Shown piece after piece: positions 13,186 through 25,222 of a stretch of 64,000 nt of DNA. The notes beneath the pieces were generated by a model. That model searched no databases, was not told where the DNA came from, and saw nothing but the letters and a program-made list of their open reading frames with translations. A program made the translations under genes and the position numbers. Location: the NCBI RefSeq assembly GCF_018977255.1, contig NW_024704743.1, positions 74,402,001-74,466,000 on the forward strand. The letters are read 5' to 3'. This DNA comes from Callorhinchus milii (taxonomy: Eukaryota). The stretch's first letter is position 1. Every line of letters starts with the position of its first letter.

Positions 13186-15306
13186 ATGCGTTGACCCCCC
13201 TTCAGCTACTAATAATAGCAGTTCAAATGTTTGTGATAATAACAAATAGTAACAGTGACAGCAAGTGAATCAGTAAAATTGCACAATGTAATAGTCACAA
13301 CAGCACCCATAGTAGTTGCAACAGATAATTGTTATAACAGCATAAATAATAATTATATTGATAGTTCAAAATTGTGTAGTACAATAAATAACTATCATAG
13401 TGATTGATCGCGATAATATAAATAATAGCATTAGCAAGCCAAATAGTGATAAATCAAATTCAAAGAAAATATTTGAGTGGAAAAATTGCGGTCAAATCAC
13501 ATTGAAAAGCAAAGGGTTTATTATTGATTTTTATTAAGCTGAAGGATCACTTTACTATGTAAAATAATCCACCATTCCTGAAACATTATCCTTTTGTTAA
13601 CCAAGGAATTGGCATCACTTTTGAGCCACAAGTGATTTCTGTGATATCTTTGATGCTGTGACTTCACTATAAGATTTGAAGTATCAAAACGCATTAATAG
13701 TAATCATTGCATTTGATATAGCACATTATCACATTGTTGAGATGTTTCAAAGCACTTCAAAGGATGTACTGTTAAGTGTTTGGACTTAAAATGTTATCAA
13801 TTAACAAAAGTCACGTACATGGCTTAAATGAGGATTTTTTTAAAATGGATGACTTTGTAGTTAACTTATCTAACTTTCTTATCAAATGCTATGGTAAGCT
13901 ACATATTCTGATTTTATAAATATTTGATATCCGTTTACTTCACTGTGCCAAATATTGATGAAAAGTATTTTGAGACTAAAAGGCTTGAAAGGATGTTCAA
14001 CAGAGAGATTAAATCAGTAAATATCCTTAGACAATGTTAGACAAAATGATTTTGTGCTTTTTGGAAGGAAAAATGCCTTTGGGTCTGCAATTCATAGAAG
14101 GCCAGAGGGAAAGTGAGCTTGGTGGACCTGACTCCTATATAACTTACTTTTGTCTGTATTCATAATAATAATCTTGCATTCGATATAGCACCTTATCATC
14201 TCAAAAAGCTCAAAGCTCTTTCTGCATGTTTGTAGGCATACATGAAAGCTAATTTACACACAGCAATGCCCCCCAAACAGCATTGAAGTAAGTTTGCAAG
14301 TGTTGACCAGGACCCTGGGAAAATATTATTATTTTATGATTACTACTATTTATTGTCTTCCCTTCTCTTTTTGAATACTACCATGGGATCTTTAACATCC
14401 AAACGAACAGGCAGATGGGACCTCGGTTTAACATCTCATCCGAAGGACAACATGTTCAAGAACGCAATGCTTTTCAAGTAACAGCCTAGACTTAGTTGCC
14501 TAGGCAAGTTTTACAATCCGATGTGGGGTTGAGTCTATGACACAGGCAAAAGTGTTACAAAATGAGGCCGAGTGATGCCCTGTTTGGTTAGAGTGAACAT
14601 TATGTGGAATGGAGGATTTTTTCTGGAAGTGGTTGGGGGAGATAGTTAATATTTGGTGAATTTAAATGATAAATTGAGCGCTACATCTAAAAAAATTCTG
14701 GGAGGCACCTCAACTGAGACTGGGGACACACTCTGGGCAAAGCAGAGATCCACAATAGTCCGTGCACTGTTGAAGTTGACCATCCTGTCTCGCTCATCAA
14801 TGAGCCTTGGAGATATAGCTGTCTACCATCTGTCAAAAANGCCCTAACAGATAAGGCTTTCCTAGCTAGAGACATACTGCACTGCTGAGTTACCCTTTTT
14901 TTATAATTATCTATTAAAATTCCTGATGTCTATTTTTGTCCATAATTTGCCCTTCCCTACCTTGTACAGGAGCTCCCATTTCTGTTACTCTAAACCATAA
15001 CTTTCTTCTTCAGGTATAGATTAGGCTTCTGTAGATTTTTGTCATTTTGTTTTGAATTCAACATTTTCAGCATTTGCAGTGTTTCATTTTATTAAAAACT
15101 GACATGCAGAATTTGAGTGCATATTACCCATGAGGACACATGTTATAATCGCAATTTGAAAGAGTGATGATCAGTGTCGATATGTTCTATATTCCATTCA
15201 TTTGGAGCAAAGAAATGCAGTTAATTTGTTTGCTTCAATTATGTTTTCACCCCATGTCTGTCGGTGTTTACAATGCTACATGTCTCACAGTGGTTTCTAT
15301 TACCAG

Positions 15307-15392
15307 GTCAGGATGGCTGATCAGTTGGCTCCCTTCCTGGTGTCCCACTTCTCTGTCTCTTCTCAAGGACGCTGAGACCAAAATGCTGCAGG
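15307..15392 (+). CDS. ABHD5: ABHD5 (CGI-58) coding exon 2
   Basis: cag|G...G|gtaagg, 86 nt. Encodes (R)[28 protein letters not shown], the Trp-rich lipid-droplet anchor of ABHD5. Confidence 0.93.
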
Positions 15393-15699
15393 GTAAGGAA
15401 AGATCATTGTCATTTCTGCCTCTTGAAATTCCTTTATTTGTTTGGTCAGTCCCTAGCCTTTACATAGGAAGATTCAGCGGGGCAGAATGATAGACCATAC
15501 TTGGGTCATTCGCCTAGTTGACGAAAAGTATGAGTCTTCATGCATGCCTGATTACTGATACTGTATTTAGATTGTATTGGACGTCTTCAACCATTTCCTC
15601 TGAACATTTCGGGTTGCTCTCTTATCTCATTTGTAGTTTGGCTTTGTCCCAGTTCAATACTGTGAACTGTAGTGTTCTTCTTCCCATAGAACCATACAA

Positions 15700-16330
15700 T
15701 AACAGTTACAAAAAATTGCATTTGTTATAGTGCCTTTCATAGTCAGGAGGAAGCCCCAAGGTGCTGGACACTCGAGGGTTTGCACCTGAGCAGGGAATTG
15801 GATTAGGGAATGATGGGGACAAAGGGTGAGGTGGTGGGGAAGTTGGCTGAAGGCCCGGTCACAGAGGAACGTCTTGAGACGGACCTTCAAGGAGGTGAGG
15901 GAAGAGGCAAGGCAAAGGGACTCCAGGATGGAGTTCCAGAGAGTGGGGGCAGACAGGCTGAAGACTCAACCTCCGATGGTGCAGAGGGCAGAGTGTGGAT
16001 GTGAAGCCTTCGAGTGGAGGGAGCGAGAAAGTTGGTAGAGTTTTAGAGGTCACAGTAGTAGGGTGGGGCAAGACTGTGGAGGGATTTAAGTGAGGACGAG
16101 GATCTTGAACTCAATCCCCTGGGAGTGAGGGATCAATGGAGCCAGGCCTGGTTGTCTTTAGTCTCCCAAGAGTAGAAGGACGATTAGGCTGCGGCAATGA
16201 TGGAGCAGTAGGTTTTCCAGTAGGTGTAGTCCAACCAAATCTAGCAGTAGACCGTTACGTTGGATTTGAGCCAAGTGCATTCAACGGCATGCATCTGTAA
16301 CTTGAAGGAGTGGAGGTGACTGGTGTGCCA
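15700..16330 (-). mobile_element. L2 LINE 3' fragment in ABHD5 intron 2
   Basis: Reverse complement of the L2 3' region and tail. Confidence 0.75.
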
Positions 16331-17770
16331 ACCATAGAAAAAACATACCAATCAACAACACAGTAAGAGATATCCAACACATTGTATTAGTGTTGTTGTT
16401 TGTTCTTCTAGTGAAGTCATCTTTGTGTGCCAGCCTGGCTCAGTTGGTAACATTCCCTCCTCTTGAGTCAGAAATCTGTGGGTTTAAACCCCATGTCTGG
16501 ATAGACTGGGCTGACATTCCAGTGCAATGCTGAGATGTGTGCTTGGGGACCCCAGCAATGTCTCACTAACAGCCAATGACGTGAAAGACCAATTTTATCT
16601 GGAAGATTTTTGCCCTTCTACTCTTTTCGAATAATAATCCTTACATTTGGTATAGCTCTTCACATTGGGAGGATGTCCCAAAGCGCTGCACAAGATGGAG
16701 TGACTATATATACCAGCGCCTTGGGACGTCCTCCCGACGTGAAAGGCGCTCTATAAATGGAATCTTGTTGTTGTTGTTGTTATTTTGTGGGTGAACACAG
16801 CTGCCAATTTGAGCACAGCAATCTTCCACAAACAGTCGTGAAGTGAATGACCAGTTTTATTTGGGGGATTGTTGGTCACGACCAAGACAAACATCCTTCT
16901 CTTTTTGAATAGGGCAATGTTATCTTTAACGTCCACTAGAACAGGCAGCCAGGGTCTTGCTTTAATATCTCAATCAAAGGACAGATGCATGAGATCAGTC
17001 TTCTGACTCAGAGACAAGAGTGCTACAAACTGAGACAGGATGACATCTGTACCTACATTAATGCCTCACAAAGAACATTAGTATCTCTTGGAAGAGGGAC
17101 AATACCAAAAATCCTTGCATTTAATATTGCGCCTTATCACATCTTCGAGGCGTCTCAAAGCACTTCACAGAATATACTGTAAAGTGAATTGACTGTATAT
17201 TTTGTGGGCGAAACATGGCAGCCAATTGCACACACATGATGAATGTATGTAGACTTCATGGAGTTTCCAATTTCCATGGATTTCCCAGATTTCCCTTTTA
17301 CAGCCTTCAGTGTCTTCTATGAATTTGTTTTGGAAAGCTCTGAATCAATCTACTTAAACCCTAAAATAAATCCTGTCGCTGAGATAAAGATAATGATCCT
17401 GTTGTCGATTTTAGTGCAGTGTTCCAAGTGCTAAAGTTCCCTGTGGGAAGGAACTAAATGCCTCCAAAAAAATCCAAACCTTTGGAATGCCTGGAACAGG
17501 AGACCAGGACACTTTGCAAAAAGGTAGCTGCATATCAGATTCACTTTGCAAAGTGAATGAGGCATTAAATGGTTCAGGTCCACTCTCAACCCAAGCCCTT
17601 TAACGCTTTTGGATTACTCTTATTAGGTTTTGAATAATAATGAATCAAATTTAGTCTGTAAATTCAAGCTAGGATGCTCACTCTTTAAAGTATGGCATTT
17701 TCGAATATGTTGAATTTGAATAAAGTGTGGAGAAAAGGGAAAAGAATGGACTTTATTTTGTATTTTGCAG

Positions 17771-18143
17771 GTGTCCAAAGTAAATGCATCAAAGAATATG
17801 TTTCAATATCCAATGGCAACAGGATCTGGACGCTAATATTCAGTCATGAAGTTGATAACAAAACTCCACTTGTTCTGATTCACGGATTTGGAGGAGGAGT
17901 TGGACTTTGGATCTTGAACTTCGATACACTTGTCCAACAACGTACTGTGTATGCCTTTGACCTTGTGGGATTTGGTCAAAGCAGTAGGCCACAGTTCAGC
18001 AATGATTCAGAACTGGCTGAAAAACAGTTTGTGCAGTCTATTGAGGAATGGAGAGCAAAAATGGGAGTGGAAAAAATGATTTTATTAGGACATAATTTTG
18101 GTGGCTATTTGGCTGCATCATACACAATTAACTACCCACTAAG
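17771..18143 (+). CDS. ABHD5: ABHD5 coding exon 3
   Basis: tttgcag|...AG|gtaagt, 373 nt. Contains [29 protein letters not shown] and LLGHNFGG (Asn at the nucleophile position, as in ABHD5 and unlike ABHD4). Confidence 0.96.
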
Positions 18144-18182
18144 GTAAGTCATGAGCATTTGGTAATGAAGAATTGAAGGAGT

Positions 18183-18565
18183 TATAATCCTTGCATTTTG
18201 ATATTGCGCCTTATCACAACATCATGACGTCTCAAGGGGCTTCACAGGATATACTGTAAAGTGCTGTGACTGAGTGTATTTTATGAGCGAATTTGGCAGC
18301 CAATATGTGAACAGCAGCCATGCAATTTTTATTTGGCATTGTTGACTAGGACACTGGGTTATTCTGTTTTCAAATAGTTCCATGGGATCTTTAACACCCA
18401 CCTAGAAAGGCAGACAGGACCTCAGTTTTAACGTCTCATCCGAAGGACAGCACCTTCCAAACAGTGCAGAACCCCCCCAGCACTGCATTGGAGTGTCAGG
18501 TCAGACTATATGGGTTCCAAGTCCCAATGCGGGGCTTGAACTCACAACCTCCGACTCAGAGGTGA
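18183..18565 (-). mobile_element. tRNA-headed Deu-domain SINE (SacSINE1/AmnSINE-like family). Other copies near 14164-14575, 16785-17045, 22275-22685, 31040-31405, 36230-36555, 48820-49290, 50270-50650, 52390-52770, 56590-56930 and 61430-61810
   Basis: Deu-domain motif ttcggatgagacgttaaa...gttaaagatcccatgg, head ctctgagtcggaggttgtgagttcaagccc, L2-like tail with (ATT)n. Confidence 0.78.
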
Positions 18566-19574
18566 GTCTAGACTAACGTATTAAATCAGAAGGAAGCGAC
18601 AAGTTTAATTTATAGAGAAAATAATATCTATAGGGAGCATATTTCAAAGTTCAGGGAACCTGAACGTTGAAGGCATTGAATAGACCAGTGTGCTTCCCTT
18701 TATTAGTGACGTACCTTCGTTAGAATTTGGGGAATTTGGCCACTATCGGTTTCAAATCAAAGGAACCTATATAAAAAATCCTCATTGTGGGCAGGAAAAC
18801 AAAATGCAATGTACAGATTTAATCAAAATTTACCTCCCAACGGAGGTTATCAAAATGCTCCGAGACGCTGCCTTGCATGAAGGACACTATTTACATGCAA
18901 GTTGTTGTTATACTTTAATTATGGTACCACAGGGTGTCATCACTTTTGTCTCCCCTCCTCCACACCAAATCAGCTTCCTGAACTGAGCTCCATAGTTCTG
19001 TTGGTTTGTTTTCTGCATCCACGATTGCAAGGCTCTTGAGATATAAAAAATGACTTGATGAGGAATTTCTCAAGGAGCTTGCAAACAGGTAGGTTCACCT
19101 CTGCCATAACATGTTGCTTTAAGTCCATAAAAGTAGACATTATGTTGGCGGTAAAAAAATGGCCAAGGGTCTGATTTCCTCATTATCAGGTTGCTGCTGA
19201 TGTCACTTGCAGCACAGACGGCTTTTTGTATATGGACAGCAACCAGGAAGCCAGCTGATCAGTCACGACCATTCTTGAGAGCATTTTTTTGCACTAGAAA
19301 TGCTTAAACAGTTTCAGTATATGCAGGAATCCGGCCAGTCTGCACCAAAACTGTGGAGCCTCAGGTTTGCTAGTGCTCCACATGGTCTTGATAGGCCTTG
19401 TCATGGTGGCTAGTAATTGCACAGTCCAAGTAATCCCATCTCTTAATATTCAGCTGTTTGTAGACAGGTAAAAAGATACTTCAGGGTTGAAAACGTGCTC
19501 CTCAGACAACTGGAGCTATGGAGCCTCGTAATGTAAACTGCTCTATTCTATTTGTCACACTGATTTGCAAGACA

Positions 19575-20280
19575 TTGGCTCAGGTCAAATCCTTTCTATC
19601 CCACATTCGTGCCATGACCCACCCTGCCTTCCCCCACCTCCGCAATGTCGCCCCGTTCCGACATCACACCGCAGGCCGCCGAAACCCTCGTATACACCTT
19701 CATTACATCGAGGCTCGACTATGCAAACTCACTGCTTGTCGGCCTCCCCAACTCCTCCCTCCACAGGCTGCAGATCATCCAGAACTCTGCAGCCCGTGTC
19801 CTCTCCCACACCAGGCTCCGCGATTCTATCACCCCCATCCTTGCCAACTCCATTGGCTTCCCATCACACAGAGGATACAGTTCAAGATCTTGGTCCTCAC
19901 CTTCAAAGCCCTCCATGGTCTTGCTCCCCCCACCTCTCCAAACCCCCTACCATCCTGTTCACTCCCTCCACTCAGCGGGCTCTGGCCTGTTTCACGACCC
20001 CCGGCTTGTTCGCCCAACTATCGGAGGGCGGGCCTTCCACCACTTTGCATCCATCCTCTGGAACTCCATCATGCAGTCCCTCCGTCTCGCCCCCTCCCTC
20101 GTCACCTTCAAAACCCTCCTCTTCGACCGTGCTTTCGATCTCCCTGCTTCCCCCCCTGCCCTCCCCCCACTCCCACCCCGACCCTCAGCTCTGTTCCGTA
20201 ACTCTGTCTGTGCAGCACCTTGAGACGTCCTCCCAACATGAAAGGCGTTATACAAATGTAATTTTGTTGTTGCTGTATTG
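19575..20280 (+). mobile_element. L2 LINE 3' fragment in ABHD5 intron 3
   Basis: AETLVYTFITSRLDYANSLLVGLP..LQIIQNSAARVL; tail with (TTG)n. Confidence 0.88.
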
Positions 20281-20673
20281 GAGCTGAGCTCTCGCTGACA
20301 CTGATATAGAGGGATTTCCTCTATATGAGGTTACAATGCAATGCTCTTTGTGGGATTGAGGTCCCAATAATGTTACTGTTTGCCTGAGGATCACTTTTAT
20401 AGTCCCGTTATCCCATAGTAAAGAATATAGTAAGGAACATGTCTGTTGTTGCTGTAAGATTGAACAGAAGTTGTGAATTTCTAGAGCTAATTCTTTGAGC
20501 GTGTACTGGGTTTAAATTAATCTTTTGTCTGGCTGAATTATAAACAGGCCTCTGCATATCAGATTTGGGTACTTACTGGGATATCACAAGATATTTTGTG
20601 TTTTGTTGGAGAAACCAAAGATAAACAGCTTTTCAGCTATGTGAACAATGATTCTTTGTTAACCTTCAATGTC

Positions 20674-21323
20674 GAATCAGTAGCTCAGTGGTTCGAGCAC
20701 TTGCCTCGCAAGCGAGAGACCTGGGTTCTATTCCCGGCAGGGCAAAATGTTGGGCAAGTTTCCTTACTCCACACGCCTCTGTTTACCTAGCAGTAAGTAG
20801 GAACTTGGTTGTTAGTCAATTGACGGATTGCTTTTCCGATGATAATAAACCCTCAAAAAAAAATTTGGTCACTCAATCCACAACTGTTTGTGGGATATTG
20901 CTGTGCGCATTTGGCTGCCATGTTTCGCCCACAAAATATACAGTCAGTTCACGACCTTGCCCCTCCCTATTTCTGCGACATGCTGACCCTATATCAACCT
21001 GTCCGCTCACTCCACTCAGCAGGCTTTGGACTGCTCTACGTACTCCACCCAGCCCACCCCACTATCGGCAGTCGGGCCTTCAGCCTTTCTGGCCCAACCT
21101 ATGGAACTCCATCCCACATTTCCTTCTCACCACTCTCTTCCTTCAAGGCGTGTCTCAAAACCCTCCTCTTCGACCGAACCTTTGGCCATCCTCCTAACTT
21201 CCCTGCCTTCCACCCTCCCCGATCCTTACCCCCAGCTTGGATCCAAATCCCTGACTGTCCAGCACCTTGGGAAGTCCTCCAACAAGAAAGGCGCCATACA
21301 AATATAATTTTGTATTGTATTGT
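20674..21323 (+). mobile_element. tRNA-derived SINE body (20674-20951) joined directly to an L2 3' fragment (20952-21323)
   Basis: A/B boxes tagctcagtgg...ggttctattcc, SINE body, then the L2 DLAPPY..GxRAFS..LWN region and tail. Confidence 0.8.
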
Positions 21324-21807
21324 AATGGCTAAAAGCGAGCCACCGGTGGTGGATTGGAGAGTACGCGGGACAAGCAGGAGGCTGGAGCCAGTTGAGTGGA
21401 GGCAGTGGATCGTGGATTGGGAAGTAAGCAGGTCGGTGAGGTAGGGAGAGCCAGGTCTTAACGGGATTTGAAAACAAGTCTGAAGATCTTGAAATCGATC
21501 CATTCGGTGATAGGGAGCCAGTGGAGCCTGGTGTGATGGGGGTTTGGAGTTCACTTGCAGGTGAGTATGCGGGAACTAGAGAAGGCCATTTGGCTTATTA
21601 TTGCCCTCAACCTGTGGAAAAAGAACTATACACAATATAGGATAGAGGGGAGTGAAGGTTACATTACCTAACTTTTGCTAATATGGTACAGTATTATACA
21701 GCACTTCTGAAAAAATCAAATCACTCACTACTGTTTGTTATATAAAATTCACAGAGCAATTTAAAAAGGAAAGTTTATATTTAGCTGCTTACTTGTGTTT
21801 TGTGCAG

Positions 21808-21952
21808 GGTTAAACATCTAATATTAGAGGAACCATGGGGGTTTCAGTGCATGAGGAACAGGAACGACCAGTGCCCATCTGGATGAAAGTCCTGGGAGCG
21901 ATGCTGAGTCCATTCAACCCATTGGCAGGTCTTAGGTTGGCTGGACCTTTTG
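21808..21952 (+). CDS. ABHD5: ABHD5 coding exon 4, frameshifted as assembled
   Basis: tgtgcag|G...G|gtaagg, 145 nt. [12 protein letters not shown] is in one frame and [35 protein letters not shown] is in another; the incoming frame stops at TGA 21884-21886. Confidence 0.9.
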
Positions 21953-22840
21953 GTAAGGATAACGTCATACAGTACTATGGTTGGATACCCAGTGATACCA
22001 GTTTAATTCAGTCAGTGTCCTCCTACCTGCACTCAAATGCTGAGCTCCAGGATTATGTTTTTGACACTGAGAGTTCCTCAGTGTAACCATTATAACGCTC
22101 TTCAGCATCTTATAACTGAAAAATGTTCATTTAGGATGTGGAGTGCCATGACAGGTGCAGTAGTTGAGGGTGCAGAATCTATCTTAGCGTTTAAAAGGAA
22201 GCTAGATAGATATCTAAAAAGAGCAATTTGCAGGGAGGGGTATGGGAAAACAACAGGAAAATAGGGCTGAATAAAATAATAATCCTTAGATGTGGTATAG
22301 CACTTCTCACATCAGGAGGGCCCTTAAAGCACTTCACAGGATTTACTGTAAAGTGTAGTGACTGGTTATTTTGTGGGTGAACATAGCATCCAATTTGTGC
22401 GCAGCAATGTCCCACAAACAGCCATGAAGTGAGTGACCAATCTTATTTGGTGGATTAATGGCCAGGATACCAGGAGGAACTCCTTTCAATAGCACCATGG
22501 TATCTTTAACAACCATGTGGACAGACGGATGCAGTCTTGGTTTAACGTCTCATCTGAAAGACGGTATTTCAGCCTCAGCACTGGAGTGTAGCTTAGAATA
22601 TATGCGTTTCACGTCTCAACATGGGGACTGGACCCATAACCTTCTGACTCAGAGGCGAGAGTGCTACCAACTGAACCAAGTTGACATGATGGCAGCCAAT
22701 GGATTACTTAAGAACTAGTACAGATAGGGTGGGTTTAATGGTGTTATAAATTTCTATGGCTCCATGTCAACACTAGATGATTTCTATTAGGTGGTTATCA
22801 GAACTTTATGAGGGCTGTACTGCTACAAGTACTATAACTA

Positions 22841-22942
22841 TAGGGTGACCAAAAACTCATGATAACTACCCTATTATTTAAAAATATATATTTTAAGACT
22901 TATGAGACATTGTAATGGTATCATGACTTTTTGGTCACCCTG
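22841..22942. mobile_element. Tc1/mariner-type MITE (102 bp)
   Basis: ~24 bp TIRs (tAGGGTGACCAAAAAcTCATGATA / TATCATGAcTTTTTGGTCACCCTg) flanked by TA at 22839-22840 and 22943-22944. Confidence 0.85.
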
Positions 22943-23118
22943 TATATTTGAAAGGCCTAATTTGGGGGATCTGGGTAGAGCTATTGTGCCAGTAGTCTGG
23001 AGGGAATGATTCCTTTCTCAAATGGCTCGAGAGCTCCTGAGTGATGTGCAGAAATGGAGAAACTAATTTTTAAATCGACATTCTTTTAGGGATAAAATAT
23101 GTCTTATGTTGCTCACAG

Positions 23119-23233
23119 GGCCAGTTCTAATTCAGCGCTTAAGACCTGACCTCAAGCAAAAGTTTTCCTCGGTGTGCGATGATGAAACCACAGTCACAGA
23201 ATACATTTATCACTGCAATGCACAAACCCCCAG
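23119..23233 (+). CDS. ABHD5: ABHD5 coding exon 5
   Basis: ctcacag|GG...AG|gtgagc, 115 nt. Encodes [38 protein letters not shown]. Confidence 0.94.
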
Positions 23234-24138
23234 GTGAGCACCCAAATAATAATAATAATCCTTTACATTTGATACAGCACTTTTCACATGGGAGGACGTC
23301 TCAAAGCACTTCACAGGATATACTGTAAAATGGAGTGGATGTATTTTGTAGACATCTTGTTTTTGCACCCTCTTTGCTTTTGATAATTTCATTATGTCAA
23401 TTTTGAGGTCAAATTATAACCGTGAGTAACAGTGCTGCTAACTGCTAACTAGCAGGAGGTATTCACATTCAATGTTTGTGTTTATTAAACTAACATTGAA
23501 ATTAAGGTGAAGGTGTTTGAGGTGAGCCTTTTTACCATCACCATCTGTTCCTTGTAAACATAAGAAAAGATGCAATACAGATTCACTTGGATGTTATCAG
23601 GAATAAAGGCTTTCAGCGAGACTTGAAAAGTTAGGTTTTTTTACCATTAGATCTGAGAAGGTCAAGCAGAGAATTGACTTGAGTCTTCGAAATTATGAAG
23701 AATTATGTTAGGATAAATACAGGACAGCTCTAATGCACCTTGTTGTAATGTGAGTTTGCTTATAAACCAATGGGGCTCTGAACCCTCACATTTTGTAACC
23801 TAATAATTAAAATTACGTATTGCACCCATGCCCGGCTACCACACCCCACACCGGCCTAATCCCCTATCCTTACCCCTCTATTCCCTTTCCTCAAATTTCC
23901 CCTTTGATGTATTTTGCTTCAACAGCAGCTTCAGTTTCTGTGCTGTAATATTCTGTGATTCTATGGAAGAATGATCATCATGAGTTTGATTACTCATAGA
24001 ATCATAGAAGTTTACAGCACAGAAAGAGGCCATTCAGTCCATTGAGTCAGTACCAGCTCTCAGAGCAAGGTGTTCATTCAAACCCACTTCCCTGCCCCAT
24101 CAATATACCCCTTCAAGCCTCTGTCCTTCATATACCGA

Positions 24139-24448
24139 GGAGTCCTGTAGCTCAGAGCACTTGCCTTGCAAGCGAGACACCTGGGTTCAATTTCAGACAG
24201 GGCGAAACCTTGGGCAAGTTTCCTTACTCCACACGCCTAATAATAATCCCTCCAAAAACAAAACAATAATAAATTGGTCATTTTCAATCCACAACTGTTT
24301 GTGGGACACTGCTGTGCGCAATTGGCTGCCGTGTTTCGCCCACAAATATATGGTCAATTCACTTTACGGCATATTCTGTGAAGTGCTTTGAGACGTCGAG
24401 AAGATGTGAAAAGCGCTATATCAAATGCAAGCATTATTATTATTATTA
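24139..24448 (+). mobile_element. Full-length short tRNA(Ala-like)-derived SINE with L2-type tail, inserted in a CR1 3' relic (-)
   Basis: ggagtcctgtagctcag...ggttcaatttc head, tgtttgtgggacactgctgtgcgcaattggctgcc body, (ATT)n tail. Confidence 0.88.
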
Positions 24449-25035
24449 TACGTATCTACTTTGCTCTTAAAACCCACAATGATTCTACTTCTACCGTCTT
24501 TTTTGGCAGTGTTTCACATCCTAACAACTTTGAATGAAAAATTTTGTCAAAACTCTCCTTTCACTCTTCTTGTAACTATCTTGTAAATTTGGCCTGTAAT
24601 TCATCTTATAACCTTGGCACCTAGAATGAAAATAATTTTCCCTATTTACTCTGTCAAAACCCATCATAATTTTGTTCACCTCTATATTGGGTTCCTCCCA
24701 TCTTTCTCTACTCCAGTGAAAATCGACCTAACTTCTCCAATCTCTGCTATAGTTATTACTGTGATGACTAAAACCAATTGCTAAATAAATTTGTTATTTC
24801 TTGGTTGAGCTGGTGAATGGAGCTGTCTCCATGAGGTGCTCTAGTTTAGTTATAATTTACATTACCAGAAAACTCTATCAAGCTGCTTTCAATAGTCATT
24901 ATGGCCATTAGAAGAGCAATACACTACACAGGGTGCACGGTTGAGTGCATTGAATGGGGAAAAGGGAAAGCAGAGAGAAGATGGGAAGCAACTGAAAGAG
25001 TACTATAAAAGACTGTTTTGTTTTCCATGTTTTAG

Positions 25036-25222
25036 TGGGGAAACGGCTTTCAGAAACATGACCATACCTTATGGTTGGGCTAAACAGCCAATGCTTCAGA
25101 GGATTAATCAGATACAAGAGGACATTCCTATCACAGTCATTTATGGAGCTCGTTCTTCCATAGATGGCAACTCTGGAAACCAAATTAAAGCACTGAGACC
25201 TAACTCCCCTGTCAACATCATA
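25036..25222 (+). CDS. ABHD5: ABHD5 coding exon 6
   Basis: ttttag|T...ATA|gtaagt, 187 nt. Encodes [24 protein letters not shown]...[13 protein letters not shown]...RPNSPVNII. Confidence 0.95.

Noticed and set aside
20304..20326. 9 bp hairpin ATATAGAGG-gattt-CCTCTATAT
   Set aside because: Short and AT-rich; plausible by chance in 64 kb, with no supporting context
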